64,000 nucleotides of DNA from Octopus bimaculoides (lineage: Eukaryota), in NCBI RefSeq assembly GCF_001194135.2, contig NC_068992.1, positions 3,065,416-3,129,415 of the forward strand. The letters are read 5' to 3'. This document shows positions 36,388-49,589 of this stretch, one piece after another (positions within the stretch are counted from its first letter, which is position 1; every line of letters begins with the position of its first letter). A program made the position numbers and the translations under genes. The notes under the pieces were generated by a model. That model saw nothing but the letters and a program-made list of their open reading frames with translations. It made no database searches and was not told the DNA's origin.

Positions 36388-37106
36388 NNNNNNNNNNNNN
36401 NNNNNNNNNNNNNNNNNNNNNNNNNNNNNNNNNNNNNNNNNNNNNNNNNNNNNNNNNNNNNNNNNNNNNNNNNNNNNNNNNNNNNNNNNNNNNNNNNNNN
36501 NNNNNNNNNNNNNNNNNNNNNNNNNNNNNNNNNNNNNNNNNNNNNNNNNNNNNNNNNNNNNNNNNNNNNNNNNNNNNNNNNNNNNNNNNNNNNNNNNNNN
36601 NNNNNNNNNNNNNNNNNNNNNNNNNNNNNNNNNNNNNNNNNNNNNNNNNNNNNNNNNNNNNNNNNNNNNNNNNNNNNNNNNNNNNNNNNNNNNNNNNNNN
36701 NNNNNNNNNNNNNNNNNNNNNNNNNNNNNNNNNNNNNNNNNNNNNNNNNNNNNNNNNNNNNNNNNNNNNNNNNNNNNNNNNNNNNNNNNNNNNNNNNNNN
36801 NNNNNNNNNNNNNNNNNNNNNNNNNNNNNNNNNNNNNNNNNNNNNNNNNNNNNNNNNNNNNNNNNNNNNNNNNNNNNNNNNNNNNNNNNNNNNNNNNNNN
36901 NNNNNNNNNNNNNNNNNNNNNNNNNNNNNNNNNNNNNNNNNNNNNNNNNNNNNNNNNNNNNNNNNNNNNNNNNNNNNNNNNNNNNNNNNNNNNNNNNNNN
37001 NNNNNNNNNNNNNNNNNNNNNNNNNNNNNNNNNNNNNNNNNNNNNNNNNNNNNNNNNNNNNNNNNNNNNNNNNNNNNNNNNNNNNNNNNNNNNNNNNNNN
37101 NNNNNN
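36388..37106. other. Assembly gap (N-run)
   Basis: Ns between (TA)n and (CA)n tracts. Other gaps: 9002-9011, 13709-13811, 26472-26490, 27297-27415, 45845-46494, 50202-50211, 61990-62136, 63849-63867. Confidence 0.99.
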
Positions 37107-37159
<53 letters not shown>

Positions 37160-37225
37160 ACACGCAAAGACACACTCACACACGCAGACACGCTCGCACA
37201 CAAGCGCACACACAAATAATATTGA

Positions 37226-37383
37226 TTTCAAATTTTGGCACAAAGTCAACAATTTTGAGGAAGGAGGCTAGTCGATTACATCGACCGCAGTTTTTCTCTG
37301 ATACTTAATTTATCGACCCCGAAAGGATGAAAGGCAAAGTCGCCCTCGGCCGAATTTGAACTCGGAACGTAAAGACAGACGAC
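37226..37383 (-). mobile_element. SINE family A, partial
   Basis: TTAATTTATCGACCCCGAAAGGATGAAAGGCAAAGTCGCCCTCGGCCGAATTTGAACTC. Confidence 0.9.
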
Positions 37384-38228
37384 ACACACGTAATATTGAA
37401 ATACAAATTTGTATGTATGTGTTCCTTGGTTTTAGACTAAACACAGTACTGTCATTATAAAATGTTTCGACCAATGCACCCTCAAACATAGAACCTTGTG
37501 TCTGAAAATCTTGAAGCAAATCTAATCCCTAGGTGCTTCAGAACACAATAATTTTGTTCATTATTATAAAAATACGCTATAAAAATTTGTCTCCCTTTCT
37601 GAAGGCAAGGGGGCGAAAAAAAACGCGCAAACACGTATATCTGTATAATATAGGCATATACGTACACACAGAGAAACACAGAGAATCACAGACACACACG
37701 CAAGCAACATATATACATGACACAGATAAACGCAAAAAACATGCCTTTCATAACAAAGGCACAGGCATTCCCGGGAAAAACACTTACATACATATGTATG
37801 TATGTACATTTCTTATACGAAAATCAACTGGTCAAATACTATGATCTACAGCGGCAACAGACACAGAGAAGGCCTTAGACTCTTAAGAGGCAGCCACAAA
37901 TTTCAATTGTGTGACTTTTCGTTGCACTTTTCGTTAGACATCTGCAATTCTTATCTGCTCAGAAATGCCATCAAGATACTACTTCCCACTGCGACATGAT
38001 GTTGTTGCTAAAACAATATGCAATGACATCAGCAGAAAAGATTGTCCTTGGATGAATGAGAGAATAATATAAAACTCTGAAAAACCCTTAAAGGCATAAA
38101 ATTGTGTATAGCCTATGACACGCACGATGGAATATCCTATAAAGGGAAAACTCATGAGAAATTGTATGAGGATGAAATGAACCAATTCGAAGGAACCAAT
38201 GTAAAAGCAAACAAACGTCCAGCGTTCA

Positions 38229-38229
<1 letters not shown>

Positions 38230-38263
<34 letters not shown>

Positions 38264-38282
38264 ATGATGATGATGATGATGA
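38230..38282. repeat. (GTA)n(ATG)n compound trinucleotide repeat
   Basis: Direct inspection. Confidence 0.95.
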
Positions 38283-38865
38283 TTTCTTTATTAACCACAA
38301 GGGTTTACATTAAGAAAACATTATGGACAGTACAGGACAAAACACAGAATGTGTGTGTGTGTGTGTGTGTGTGTGTGTTGCTGTAAGGGTTTTGCGAGTA
38401 AACAAGACGAACAAAATTATTTAAAAAAAAGAAATAAAGAAATTAACAATGTGTAATACTCAGTAGGGAGAAGACGTTCGAGGGCTGCTCATGGCTGGAA
38501 GAAGATAATGAGGAGAGGTGGTGGTTCTAAGGATCGAGTCTAGCAGAAGGGAGAGAGTATGGATGGAGAAAGATATGAGAAAGGGAAGTGGTTCTGGGGT
38601 GGGGGAGGGAAGAGGAAAGTAACGAAAGGGAGGGGGTGTAGTATGTGCCCACTCTGCTCTGAGGTGATTGTGGTTGGGCGAATAATAATAATGCCAGATA
38701 TAAATAAGTGATGAGTGTTAAGGAATGAGATGTTCTGAATTGGTAAGATTTTACGCAAGTGATATTGAATAATTAACTTGGCAGTTGGATAACCTCCGAC
38801 TGTTAAGAAGTCAATATTGATATCAGAGTGGAAATATATGACAACCTTATCAACCACATCTAAAC

Positions 38866-38923
38866 AAATAAATTGACCACTTGATCACAAATTCAAGTTT
38901 GTAATCAAGTGGTCAATTTATTT
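38866..38923. repeat. 26-bp inverted repeat (one mismatch) with 6-nt loop
   Basis: AAATAAATTGACCACTTGATCACAAA-ttcaag-TTTGTAATCAAGTGGTCAATTTATTT. Confidence 0.95.
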
Positions 38924-40572
38924 CCAACTTAGCACCTTCAGTTTAGACAGATTTGATATGAGGTTGCTATTTCTAGATAAATTAGGTGTTAGGTCTGATA
39001 TCAACTTTGGAGCAGAGTCTGGTGTTGTCCATTGTGTCATCTTAGGAATCCTTAAAGTAACAATGATGCAAGTTGTGTTACCAACTTTCTATTCTCTGCA
39101 CTACACCCCATTATGCGAAATGAGTGAGGTCTTACTACACAGGTGATATTTTATACCTTACATTATTCCTTCTTACGTCTATGCCGAAGAGAACACATTC
39201 ATTGTCTCTCAAGATAAAAGTATATCAAAGAATCAAAGAATCAAAGAATACAAATTCTAAAAATCAAAGCTGCCAACATAAAACAACCTTTAAAGCAAGA
39301 ATCGTCTGAATTCACCATTAAAATCGTGCAAAATGCAATAAGGAGTCGGAGAGTCAATGCAAAGCAAATCCTTCCTTGTAAAGCACCACTGAATAGAAAG
39401 AAGCATTGCATGTCGGTTGTCATTAATCTCAGGTTAGTCAAAGACATGAATTACACCGAATAGATTATATTTATAAGACATTTTATGAGGTCTGCTGAGG
39501 TAGAAGAACTGGTTTTATTATAAACCGCCACAATAGCCACAATCCGTTCCGGTTCATATTTGTATATAATGTTGCACAAAGGAAGTCAGCTCTCAAGAAA
39601 GAAACAAAAAGAAACAGTCGATGTGAAAATATTGGGGTGAAATCAACCAAGAAACATAAATTAACCTACAAACGCACCATGAAAATATTTAAAATATTCA
39701 AAATAGTACTGAAGAGTTACGCTACCATGCTAGACACCATGACAAGATCTCTGCTGTTGAATATATTCTACTAATGCTGATGGAGGTAGAGACGATGAGG
39801 ATTTAAACTTAAAATTAGAATTAACCTCATTAAATATTTGCTATAAAAAAAAGTCAATGAAAGTATCGTTTATGATTGGATAAATGAAAGTTGTGCTAAT
39901 AAAATGGAAGATTATTTGACATCTCTTTATGAATATTAATTAGGTATTGAAGTAAGTAGTTTATGCTAGATGCAATGATTTAGTATGGTATTATGTGGTG
40001 TCATAACAATTTGGCTTTATGTGTTAACAGTTGATAAAATATGTACTTCTCTAGTAGTAGAAGTGAATACCAAGATTCCAAGTCGTAAAGTTACCACTTG
40101 AAAACGTTTTGCCAAGCTCAAAGATTAAAATTCCTTCTTTTACTTTATCTTTATGGTTGTGTTTCCATTTGTCAACATCAACTTTGGAGTATATGGTTTT
40201 ATCTTTTGAAAATTTGATACGTAGTTGGAGCAATTAGCTTCAGTGTTGATGTTTTCTAACTACTAAACAGTCATTGTCAGTCAGGCAGACTGAATTAAGC
40301 ATGATAGCGTAGGTATTATAACGGTTCCGTTAAAAATTGATATACTTCGAGTAAGTTCAGCATTTTATACTCACAGCTACGATATCTTGAAGTATTAAGA
40401 AATATGTTAGGTTGAAAAGAAAAAAGAAATATAAAGCAAATAAGTAGCCAATAAATTGGAATGGTTAATAACTGAGTGATTCTTATAGTAATTCGTCTAT
40501 GCTATTATAACCATTATTAGAATTATCCATAGTGTTATCTTAAAGTTTTAACCTCATTCTACTCAAGTATCA

Positions 40573-40781
40573 GTTTCGAATATCGGCACAAGGCCAGCAG
40601 TTTTACGGGCGGTAAGTCATTTACATCGATCACAATGCTCAGCTGGTACTTATATTATCCACCACGAAAGAATGAAAGACAAACCCGACCTCGGCGGAAT
40701 TTGAACTCAAAACGTACAGACGGACGAAATGCTGCTAAGCGCTTTGTCCGGCGTGCTAACGATTTTGTCAGCTCGCCACCT
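40573..40781 (-). mobile_element. SINE family A, full-length
   Basis: GGCACAAGGCCAGC tail to GTCAGCTCGCCACCT head in reverse; CGACCTCGGCGGAATTTGAACTC. Confidence 0.9.
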
Positions 40782-41688
40782 TCTAGTCACATATTAAATA
40801 GCATCAGAGAACGAAGTGGATTAAAATCAGATTTAAAAGCACTAAACTGTTAGCTGAAAATTAATATCTATTTCCACATTTACTGAAGCCATAAATTATA
40901 ACATTTCAAAACAAAAGCTGACAAAGATGGAGCCTTAAATAACTAAAAGAAATCTCAGTCTCCATCTCACTTCTTTCTGTGGCAATACACACTATGATAC
41001 GCAGAGAACTACAGTAAATTTACAAAGATTAATTTAAATTGTGAGGTTACAACTAGCATAAGTATGCGATGCCTTATTTTATCAGATTTAATCTAACAGA
41101 AATATATTGCTTCTTTTTAGAACTAAAAGGACTACAAATACGAAAATTTGTCAAATATAAAATAAATTATAAAAATAGAGCTTTTTCAATAAAAATAAAC
41201 TGTTGATAGATTTCAATAAGATCCTAAAAGAATATGTTTTATATTTAAAAGATCGTTAAATGATCATTACTTCAAAGCCTTCCTACAAATATTATATTAA
41301 CATTTTAAGATAAAATACAATATGTTCTACAGAATATAAGATGATTTGTATAATTGAAGATGAATACTTTTCTTAATTGTCTTATAATAAAAATGAATTT
41401 ATTCTAACTTTACTTATTCAGACAGTCTTTATTTTTTAAAGCTTTTTTTTTTCATTCCTGCAGCTATCGGCATCTATCAAATTTGATTTCTGTAAGTGGA
41501 ATCATAACCAAAAGAATTCGAAACAAGTTTTTTCAGTGCTCACAACACTATCCATCATCAAGTAAAATCACGTTGCGTGTGTCACGACACTGCGTCATAT
41601 CTTGTTTCCTTCAATTTCAGAAAATACAATAATTTGCTACAGCTTTAATATTATCACTATTTTCACAATTTGCAATATCAAAGTTTAT

Positions 41689-41968
41689 ATTATTTACATT
41701 TGACGGATATTTGTCCTCATCTTGTTTGTTGTTAACGCAATATTTCGGCTGATATACCCTCCAGCCTTCATCAGGTGTCTTGGGGAAATTTCGAACCTGG
41801 GTTCTCATTCCTTTTCGATCTTATTATTGTTATTATTATTATTCAGGTCACTACCTGGAATCGAACTCGGTATCTTGGGGTTAGTAGGCCGCGCTCTTAA
41901 CCACTATGTAATATGCCCGTCAAATGTAAATAATGTACATAATTCCTCATCTCTTAAATATAGAACTG
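41689..41968. mobile_element. SINE family C with 5' inversion and 13-bp TSD
   Basis: Inverted head/hammerhead segment 41689-41918, direct 3' segment with tail 41917-41968; TATCAAAGTTTAT at 41676-41688 and 41969-41981. Confidence 0.9.
41734..41780 (-). ncRNA. Minimal type-I hammerhead ribozyme motif (best-preserved family-C copy)
   Basis: GACAC-CTGATGA-A-GGCTG[GAGGGTATAT]CAGCC-GAAA-TA-TT/GCGTT: conserved core, 5-bp helix II, palindromic helix III (ATAT), helix I with one mismatch. Activity untested. Confidence 0.6.
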
Positions 41969-42289
41969 TATCAAAGTTTATCTTTGTTAATTTACTAGAA
42001 AAATATATCCTTTGCAAGGATGATAAATAATTGAATGTTTCCTCTACAGATCCAGAAATATTTCAACTCTAATAAGTTACCGGTTAAAGACCCTTTACTG
42101 CTAACCTGCAGAGATTGGTGCTACTGCTGCTACAAGCAAAAAATATCTTAGACATCTTCAAACTAACCATTATGTTGATTGACAAATACTGATTTCACAG
42201 TTTATTCTTTATTCTTTCTGCTCCTTCAATCGATTCCATAACGGCGTCTGTTTCTCTGAAATACAGTGATGATTATCACTTTTGCCTCA

Positions 42290-42480
42290 TCCCATCCCAT
42301 ACATGTTTCTCCTCCTCTCACCATCACTACCGTATCTCATTGTCCAAACCATGCCATTAACCCAGTATCTAAGGTCTCTGATAGGTCTTAAACTATACAG
42401 CTCTAAGCTGAACATCACCTGCTTCAATTCTAACAAGATCATGCACTTTAGCTTTCTTCTGCGTACCATAAAAATATTCA
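42290..42480 (-). mobile_element. Possible RTE LINE fragment (post-RT region)
   Basis: ELYSLRPIRDLRYW..WFG-like segment loosely resembles RTE ..IR....RRLRWFGHV.RM; highly decayed. Confidence 0.35.
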
Positions 42481-44223
42481 TTAGTTATACTGTAGTTCTC
42501 CTCCCGTATCTATTAGTACGTGTCTCGATTTAGTGAGTGAAGTATCATGTCTATGAAGTAGACCAGTAGAATGCCAAGTATTGAGTGATTGGGCAACAGA
42601 CAGTTACTCACTTGATATGGCTAACTGCAGAGCTCTTCTCTTATAGCACAAATATACTTCAAACATTTCTATTCCACACTAAGAGACAGATTTCTATCAG
42701 GTAAATTTCAATATAAATCATACTCAAATCTGTCTACTGCTACAGTAGCTAATTATTTTGAAAATCTAATAAAATGCAAGACTATCTAACTTGAAATCAG
42801 AAATTTCGTTGTTCATTCGCATCAAATAACTCTTTAAAATATTTCTGTGAAATAAGGAAAGAAGAAATGAAACAGTATAAAAGACCGACAATAGATTCGA
42901 TCTTGTCATGTTTTTGCTTGTTTGTTTTTTTTGATCCAGTATCTTAAAATATTCAAAAACTAGACAACCAGACTACTTATTTTACAGTCTATCAAATTAC
43001 TACATTGATGTGTAGAGGTGAAATAGTTTCAGGGATAAGGCTGCATCTGCCATGAGTTTAGGTCTGTTTCTGGCACTTTTGTTGTTTCATGCGTTTTGTA
43101 TTTTGCAATGCTTAATGTAATTATATATTTCCTTTATTCAATAAATATTCAGAAACTGATGTGTATTTACTGGGAAAGTTGCATACAAAAGATAAGCATC
43201 CTAATCGAATAGAGGTTTTTCAGTTATCTGTTTAATACTTTCAGCTATAATGATCTGAACATTCCTAAAAATTTTACTGCACTGATCTGAGATCAACAAT
43301 TATTTTGTGGTTAATCTTTAAAAAGAAGATTGAATTAAAACTATCAGTGTACTGTTTCAGTGGAAAAGCACTAAGCATTGATATAATGTGTAGATTTATA
43401 TTTGCTACTTTCCTTCTATAAAAGAGAAATGGCTCAATTAGTCATTGGATGATTCGTACATAAAACTGGTGTTTCAATTCTCCTACAGTTGTTTCATTGT
43501 GTATTTGAGGAGCGCAATGACTTGAACATGTCTCAGTTAAAATAGCAATTGAGAATAGCTACCGGATTAGCTGGGAAATTCTGCCACGATATCTAGCACC
43601 AAAAATCTGCCAAAAGTCCAGGAGAAGATGTTTACATTCTCAGTTCAAATATTTCTGTCCCTTTGTAATTCGTTATATTAATTAGACAGAAGGGATACAG
43701 CAATTCTCATTACTTATTGGAGGCTCATATAGTTGATGTTCAGCTCAAACTTATGTAGTTCGGTGAATGTTGAAAGTTGGTTAGGGAGATAATTTCACTG
43801 AGGTTGATTAATTTAATTACATCTATCATCCTTTATATACTTCGATGATACAAATTCGTGAGGTCATTTTTCTCAGAGGCTATACAATTAAATAAATGCA
43901 ATAATAATCACAAGAAGTAATTATATACCAAGTTTTTGAAAGCTGGTAGAGACACATTGTCTCTATCTCAAAGAGGCTATAGAGTTTGTATTGAGAAAAA
44001 TCAACTGACTTGTCAATAACGAAGCTAAACGGAGACTGAGAGGCAAAGAGACAAAATAATTTATGGCAACACAAGGAATGGAGGTTGTAAAGCCAAGATG
44101 AAACATTAAATAAATGATAAAATAAATATGCATATAGAGATGTATACAAATGTGTTTGTGTCTATAAATATGCACACACACATATATAGAATGCATACAA
44201 ATATATATATATATATATATATA

Positions 44224-45130
44224 CTGGCAGAGATACCCGGCGTGGCTCGGGATTAAATTGATATAGTTTGTATATATATATATTACAGTTATGCTGAAAC
44301 AGGTGATACGGGAAAGTGCAACATTGACGACAAAACAGTTGTGGAGTAAGTGATGGTCTAATTCGACTAATGGACATGTAATGCGTCCGTTTGGAGGGTT
44401 CCATGCCCTAACTTATGGAAAATTGGGGGTGGGAGTATGTAATTTTCGAACCCACCGAAAAGCTTTCAGTAAATGTACTTGCCTCTGAGGCGGTCAGTGC
44501 TGCGTCTAACACGACCCATCGTATGGTTGGCAGTCAAATAAATGGAGGTATAATGGAGATATTGTACGTAAATGGGTACATTCTGGAAATGGGTTGCAAA
44601 GGGAGACGGTAACGGGGAAGTGAACTGTTGAAAGAGATTGAGGAGGGGCTGGTAGTGGTGGCAATCTTACTTTACCGCCTGAGCAGCACATGCCATTAGT
44701 TTCATTTGGAAATTCGAAAGCTTTGCAGAAACGACGATTAGAGTGTAGCACATCAGTTTGTACAGAATTATCATTTTTATAAGAATGGCATGGATCGATC
44801 ATATCTGAAAGCAGCACCTGGTGTTATGAAAAACGAATTTGTATGTGGTCTATTTCTGAGAGTTATTGCATTGGACCTCTGTCTAATCTAGCGTGCTAAA
44901 CGTTGTGCTAATGACTCGGCATTAAGTTTGGCAGCATGCCTCAGCTGATCTTGGGAAAGTCTCATCTCCCTCCTCTCTTGAGATTCCATTTCACGCGCTG
45001 CTGATGTTGAGAAAGTCTTATCTCCTTTCTCTGTTGAGACAATCACCTTCAATTTTCAGTCACCGTCCTTGCTTTATACGAAAAGACGTAAAAGACGTAA
45101 TCTCTCCAGAAGGAGAGATTACGTCTTTTC
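44224..45130 (-). mobile_element. Internally deleted Helitron
   Basis: Rep N-terminal repeats (ESQERREMRLSQDQLRHAA), AAFRYD, CKAFEFPNETNGMCCSGGKVRLPPLPAPP, helicase motif-VI-like CF..NVALSRI, and a 3' hairpin CCCG..CGGG followed by CCAG-T next to (TA)n. Confidence 0.8.
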
Positions 45131-46620
45131 TTTGGTGGCATATTTTTTCAATATTGTAAACAAAAAATTATGAACATAGAAAAAATATACATTAATCTCT
45201 ATTTTTGTAAGCAGTTGTATGTATTTAGTATGTCTGTATTTTTGTATGCTGTGTAAATTAACGAAATATAAGCAAATGTATGGAACTGCTAATTTAACGG
45301 GAAATGCTACAATAATTATTACAGAGTGCGAAAGAATTTTATACTCTACCTTGTAACTGCTGCACATATCAGTCTTCCACTGAAACACAAGCAACACACA
45401 GCGAGGAGAAAAAGACAAAAATAAAATAACACGTGTTGAAATTATTTTTCTAAAACGTTCAGTGACGTTAATCGGAGTGTGGGGTTCGAGTAGACGCCAT
45501 TCTCCATTTTCATTTATCATTACCAATATTTTCATTCGATTTTATTTTTTCCCCGCTTTTGTGTTTTGACTGTCCTTATAATGTCCCCGCTGTGTTTCGA
45601 CCCTGTGTGATTAATAAAAAAAATCAAGTCGTCAGGTATGTATATGCATGTATAGATGTGTGTGTGTGCATGTGTGTGTTTATATATATATATATATATA
45701 TATAGGAAGAACACATACCTCCATTAACAGAATATACATGCATACACATACAAACACATGAGCATTATCAAATAGATTTGCGCAAATAGTCAAACACAGG
45801 TACACACATACGCACATAGATAGACGCACGCACACACACACACANNNNNNNNNNNNNNNNNNNNNNNNNNNNNNNNNNNNNNNNNNNNNNNNNNNNNNNN
45901 NNNNNNNNNNNNNNNNNNNNNNNNNNNNNNNNNNNNNNNNNNNNNNNNNNNNNNNNNNNNNNNNNNNNNNNNNNNNNNNNNNNNNNNNNNNNNNNNNNNN
46001 NNNNNNNNNNNNNNNNNNNNNNNNNNNNNNNNNNNNNNNNNNNNNNNNNNNNNNNNNNNNNNNNNNNNNNNNNNNNNNNNNNNNNNNNNNNNNNNNNNNN
46101 NNNNNNNNNNNNNNNNNNNNNNNNNNNNNNNNNNNNNNNNNNNNNNNNNNNNNNNNNNNNNNNNNNNNNNNNNNNNNNNNNNNNNNNNNNNNNNNNNNNN
46201 NNNNNNNNNNNNNNNNNNNNNNNNNNNNNNNNNNNNNNNNNNNNNNNNNNNNNNNNNNNNNNNNNNNNNNNNNNNNNNNNNNNNNNNNNNNNNNNNNNNN
46301 NNNNNNNNNNNNNNNNNNNNNNNNNNNNNNNNNNNNNNNNNNNNNNNNNNNNNNNNNNNNNNNNNNNNNNNNNNNNNNNNNNNNNNNNNNNNNNNNNNNN
46401 NNNNNNNNNNNNNNNNNNNNNNNNNNNNNNNNNNNNNNNNNNNNNNNNNNNNNNNNNNNNNNNNNNNNNNNNNNNNNNNNNNNNNNNNNNNNNNCACACA
46501 CATAAATCATAGTTATACTATTTAACTCAAGTACGTATTTTATTGATCTGAACTTGCTGCGATATAAACAACTACACTGGTTGTTAACTGGTGTGTTTCT
46601 ACAAGCAGAATGGTTTTTAT

Positions 46621-46668
<48 letters not shown>

Positions 46669-48019
46669 TTACACGCTGAAACAAAAGATTTTAAGAGTTA
46701 ACACATGTGTATAATAAATACACTACTTAAAATAGTTAAAGCAAAATGAGAGAGAAAAATGAAAGATAAAACCATAATTGACGAAAGAGAAAAAAAATAC
46801 TACTGAAACTATGAAACGCAATATCTTTGAATAAGGAAGAGACTGAATCTAACAAACGTATATTTAAAGTAAGTATAACGTTCTTTTCCTTTTTTCTTCT
46901 TTTTAGAAACGATATGATTTGGGGAAATATACTCTCGATAGCTAAAATTAATTTTCCAGTTATATTTGTATAAATACGATGTGATCAAAGCAAGACTCGT
47001 TTCGCATTTTCATAGCATTTTCTTTTTTATCAACATACAACTCGCTTCAATAGTTTGCATATGAGCTAAGAATATTTCGTTGCTCTGTTTGGGCTTTTCA
47101 TTTTCTCTCCAAATATTATAGTTGTTTGCTTGTTGTTTTTTTTTCCAACCGCATGCTAAAATAGGACTTAGTGTTCATTCACGGAAGGCTGTCTACTTAC
47201 TTCTATATGTACATCACTTGTTTATGATCTTGTATTTCTATGTATGTTTGCATCAACATCTTGTATTCGTCGGTACCTTTGTATGTCTGTTTCACTTATA
47301 TTAGATTGTAGTTTGTTTGGGCGAGCTCGTTACCTATCAGATATGTATATGCCTCAGTTTATGTATGTTTTGTGTATGTATTATTTGCATAAATGAATGT
47401 GTGTCTGTTTTGTTTTTATCTGCGCGTTTTTGCGCACGCGATCGCCATTTGATGTGTAGGTTCCAAAAGATTTATCAAACTTGTGGTTTTGCAGACGTAT
47501 TTTGTTTGGATGCATGTGTTCAGCTACTTTCGTTCGTTGTTAGACGTTTGTGGCTGTATTTGATATGTAGACACCGCGTCTTTGTGTCTTAGTTTTGCTT
47601 TATATATATCCGTGCATGCTTGTATGCATTTCTGCAAGTACGCTTACATGCATGTATGTTTTCTCTTTCTCTTTTTCATCTAGAGTAAATTTTGACCGAC
47701 CACCTCCTTGGTAGCAAGGTTGTGAAGGAAAGTATCTTGGTTTAACCATCATCCTTTAAATCTTAAGAAGGTCTTGCAGAATTTTATAGTCCCAGATATC
47801 AGGATCATTTGTAGAGTATGAATTAAGAATTTGCATTCTCTCGTATGGATGGACGGATGGCTGGATGGATGGATAGGGGTGGGAGGTCTTTATTTTCGTA
47901 TGTATGTCTTCGTGAACAGAAACAAAGAAGCGTTAATTTCTAATGTCTGCCTTCGAAGACTGAAAGTAAATTATTTCTCCGTGTTGCTAAAATAAAGAGC
48001 AAAATTCTTTTCTCTGTCT

Positions 48020-48185
48020 TTACGTCTTTCTTTACGTTCTGAGTTCAAATTCCGCCGAGGTCGACTTTGCCTTTTATCCTTTCGGGGTCGATAAACTAAG
48101 TACCAGTTGCGTACTGGGGTTGATCTAATCGACTGGCCCCCTCTCCCAAAAAAATTCGGGCCTTGTACCTAGAGTAGAAAAGAAT
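48020..48185 (+). mobile_element. SINE family A, 5'-truncated, low divergence
   Basis: CTGAGTTCAAATTCCGCCGAGGTCGACTTTGCC..CTAGAGTAGAAAAGAATG. Confidence 0.95.
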
Positions 48186-48197
48186 GTTTCGCCCTGT

Positions 48198-48420
48198 TAA
48201 GGCGGTGAGGAGCTGGCAGAACCGTTAGCGCGCCGGGCAAAATGCTCAGCAGTACTTTGTCGGTCTTTACGTTCTGAGTTCAAATTCCGCCGAGGTCGAC
48301 TTTGCATTTCATTCTTTCGGAGTCGACAAATTAAGTACCAGTTGCGTACTGGGATCGATCTAATTGACTGGGCCCAGCATCCTCAAAAATGTCGAGCCTT
48401 GTGCCTAGAGTAGAAAAGGA
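48198..48420 (+). mobile_element. SINE family A, full-length, in tandem with the preceding copy
   Basis: AGGCGGTGAGGAGCTGGCAGAACCGTTAGCGCGCCGGG head through CTAGAGTAGAAAAGG. Confidence 0.95.
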
Positions 48421-49589
48421 TATAGTACGTAGTTAATAATATATAAATAACCCATTTGTATTACGCTTATTTCAAAACATCAGCTTGTATACTCTCGGCA
48501 ACAATTAAAAATTTGATATAAAATATATTCCCTTTGTTTGCCCTTCTGTTTTCTGAGCTTTTGATATTTACCATTTTCTTTTATTTTCGCAGATTTGTTG
48601 TACAATGTCATGTGGAGTGTTACTGTATTACAATACGATGCTTGGAGTTAATCTTTTATTTTCATGATAAAAGTGATGCTTTTAATTAAAATTATTGATT
48701 TTTAAAAAAGGCTTTTCCGTTAATAAAGCAGATTCATTCTTCTCTCAGCAGCTTTATAGAGACATTTGTAAACATTTTGCTACTGTTAATTATGTAGAAA
48801 CGAGCGAAATCGACAAATTTTTGAATAGCAATAAGCATACATCAATCTACAATACATTCCGACGATGGCTTAGCTGGCCGAAACTTCGGAGTTACTCTCA
48901 ACAACATTCTTGTGTAAGAACAATAAATTTGTACAAAAGTATAGAGTAACCCACCAGATTAATGTGAAATAGTTTTTATTATAACTGAACCTAAATGTAA
49001 ACATTAATTTTTTATAGATTCTCTACGTTGAAAAGATTTCATCAAAAAGAGTCTGTGATAATAGTAGTTTTTTTATTGCAGCAGAAAATCAAAAATGTGA
49101 GGGAAATATGGAGACTCTGTATTTGAACTTTGTTTGGTATTTATTAAATTTTGATAGTTCATTTATGGATTCCATCAATATGAAAAGCAAAATGCTTTTC
49201 TGTGGAACTGAAGTTCAGGGTATGGAGCTATTTACCCTGGCGTTTCTTGTGGTTCTTCGACCCTATAAAATCTACTGCCCTATAAAATAGTATAGATTTA
49301 ACCCCATCTCCCATATAATGACAATAACTGTGGATTAAGATCAAAGCCTTTCCACCAGAAAATACCAAAAGAGATACAGAGTGATTCAGAAGCCTCATTT
49401 AGTATTTTAACACTGTTTGTCATTTCAGTGCTAAAAGGAAAACTGAATCACAAGTTATAATGAAACATATCACACACACACACACACACACACAGAGTGT
49501 CTCAAAAACTGTACTCAGATTTTAACACCCCATAACTCATTGAATTTTTCAGTTTTTCAGATCAAATTGACCCTAAGGATGACTGTAGA

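Noticed and set aside
36293-37252. Long ORFs of 280-319 aa, and similar ones at 45680-46684, 27126-27536 and 61914-62453
   Set aside because: Artefacts of translating through N gaps and microsatellites.
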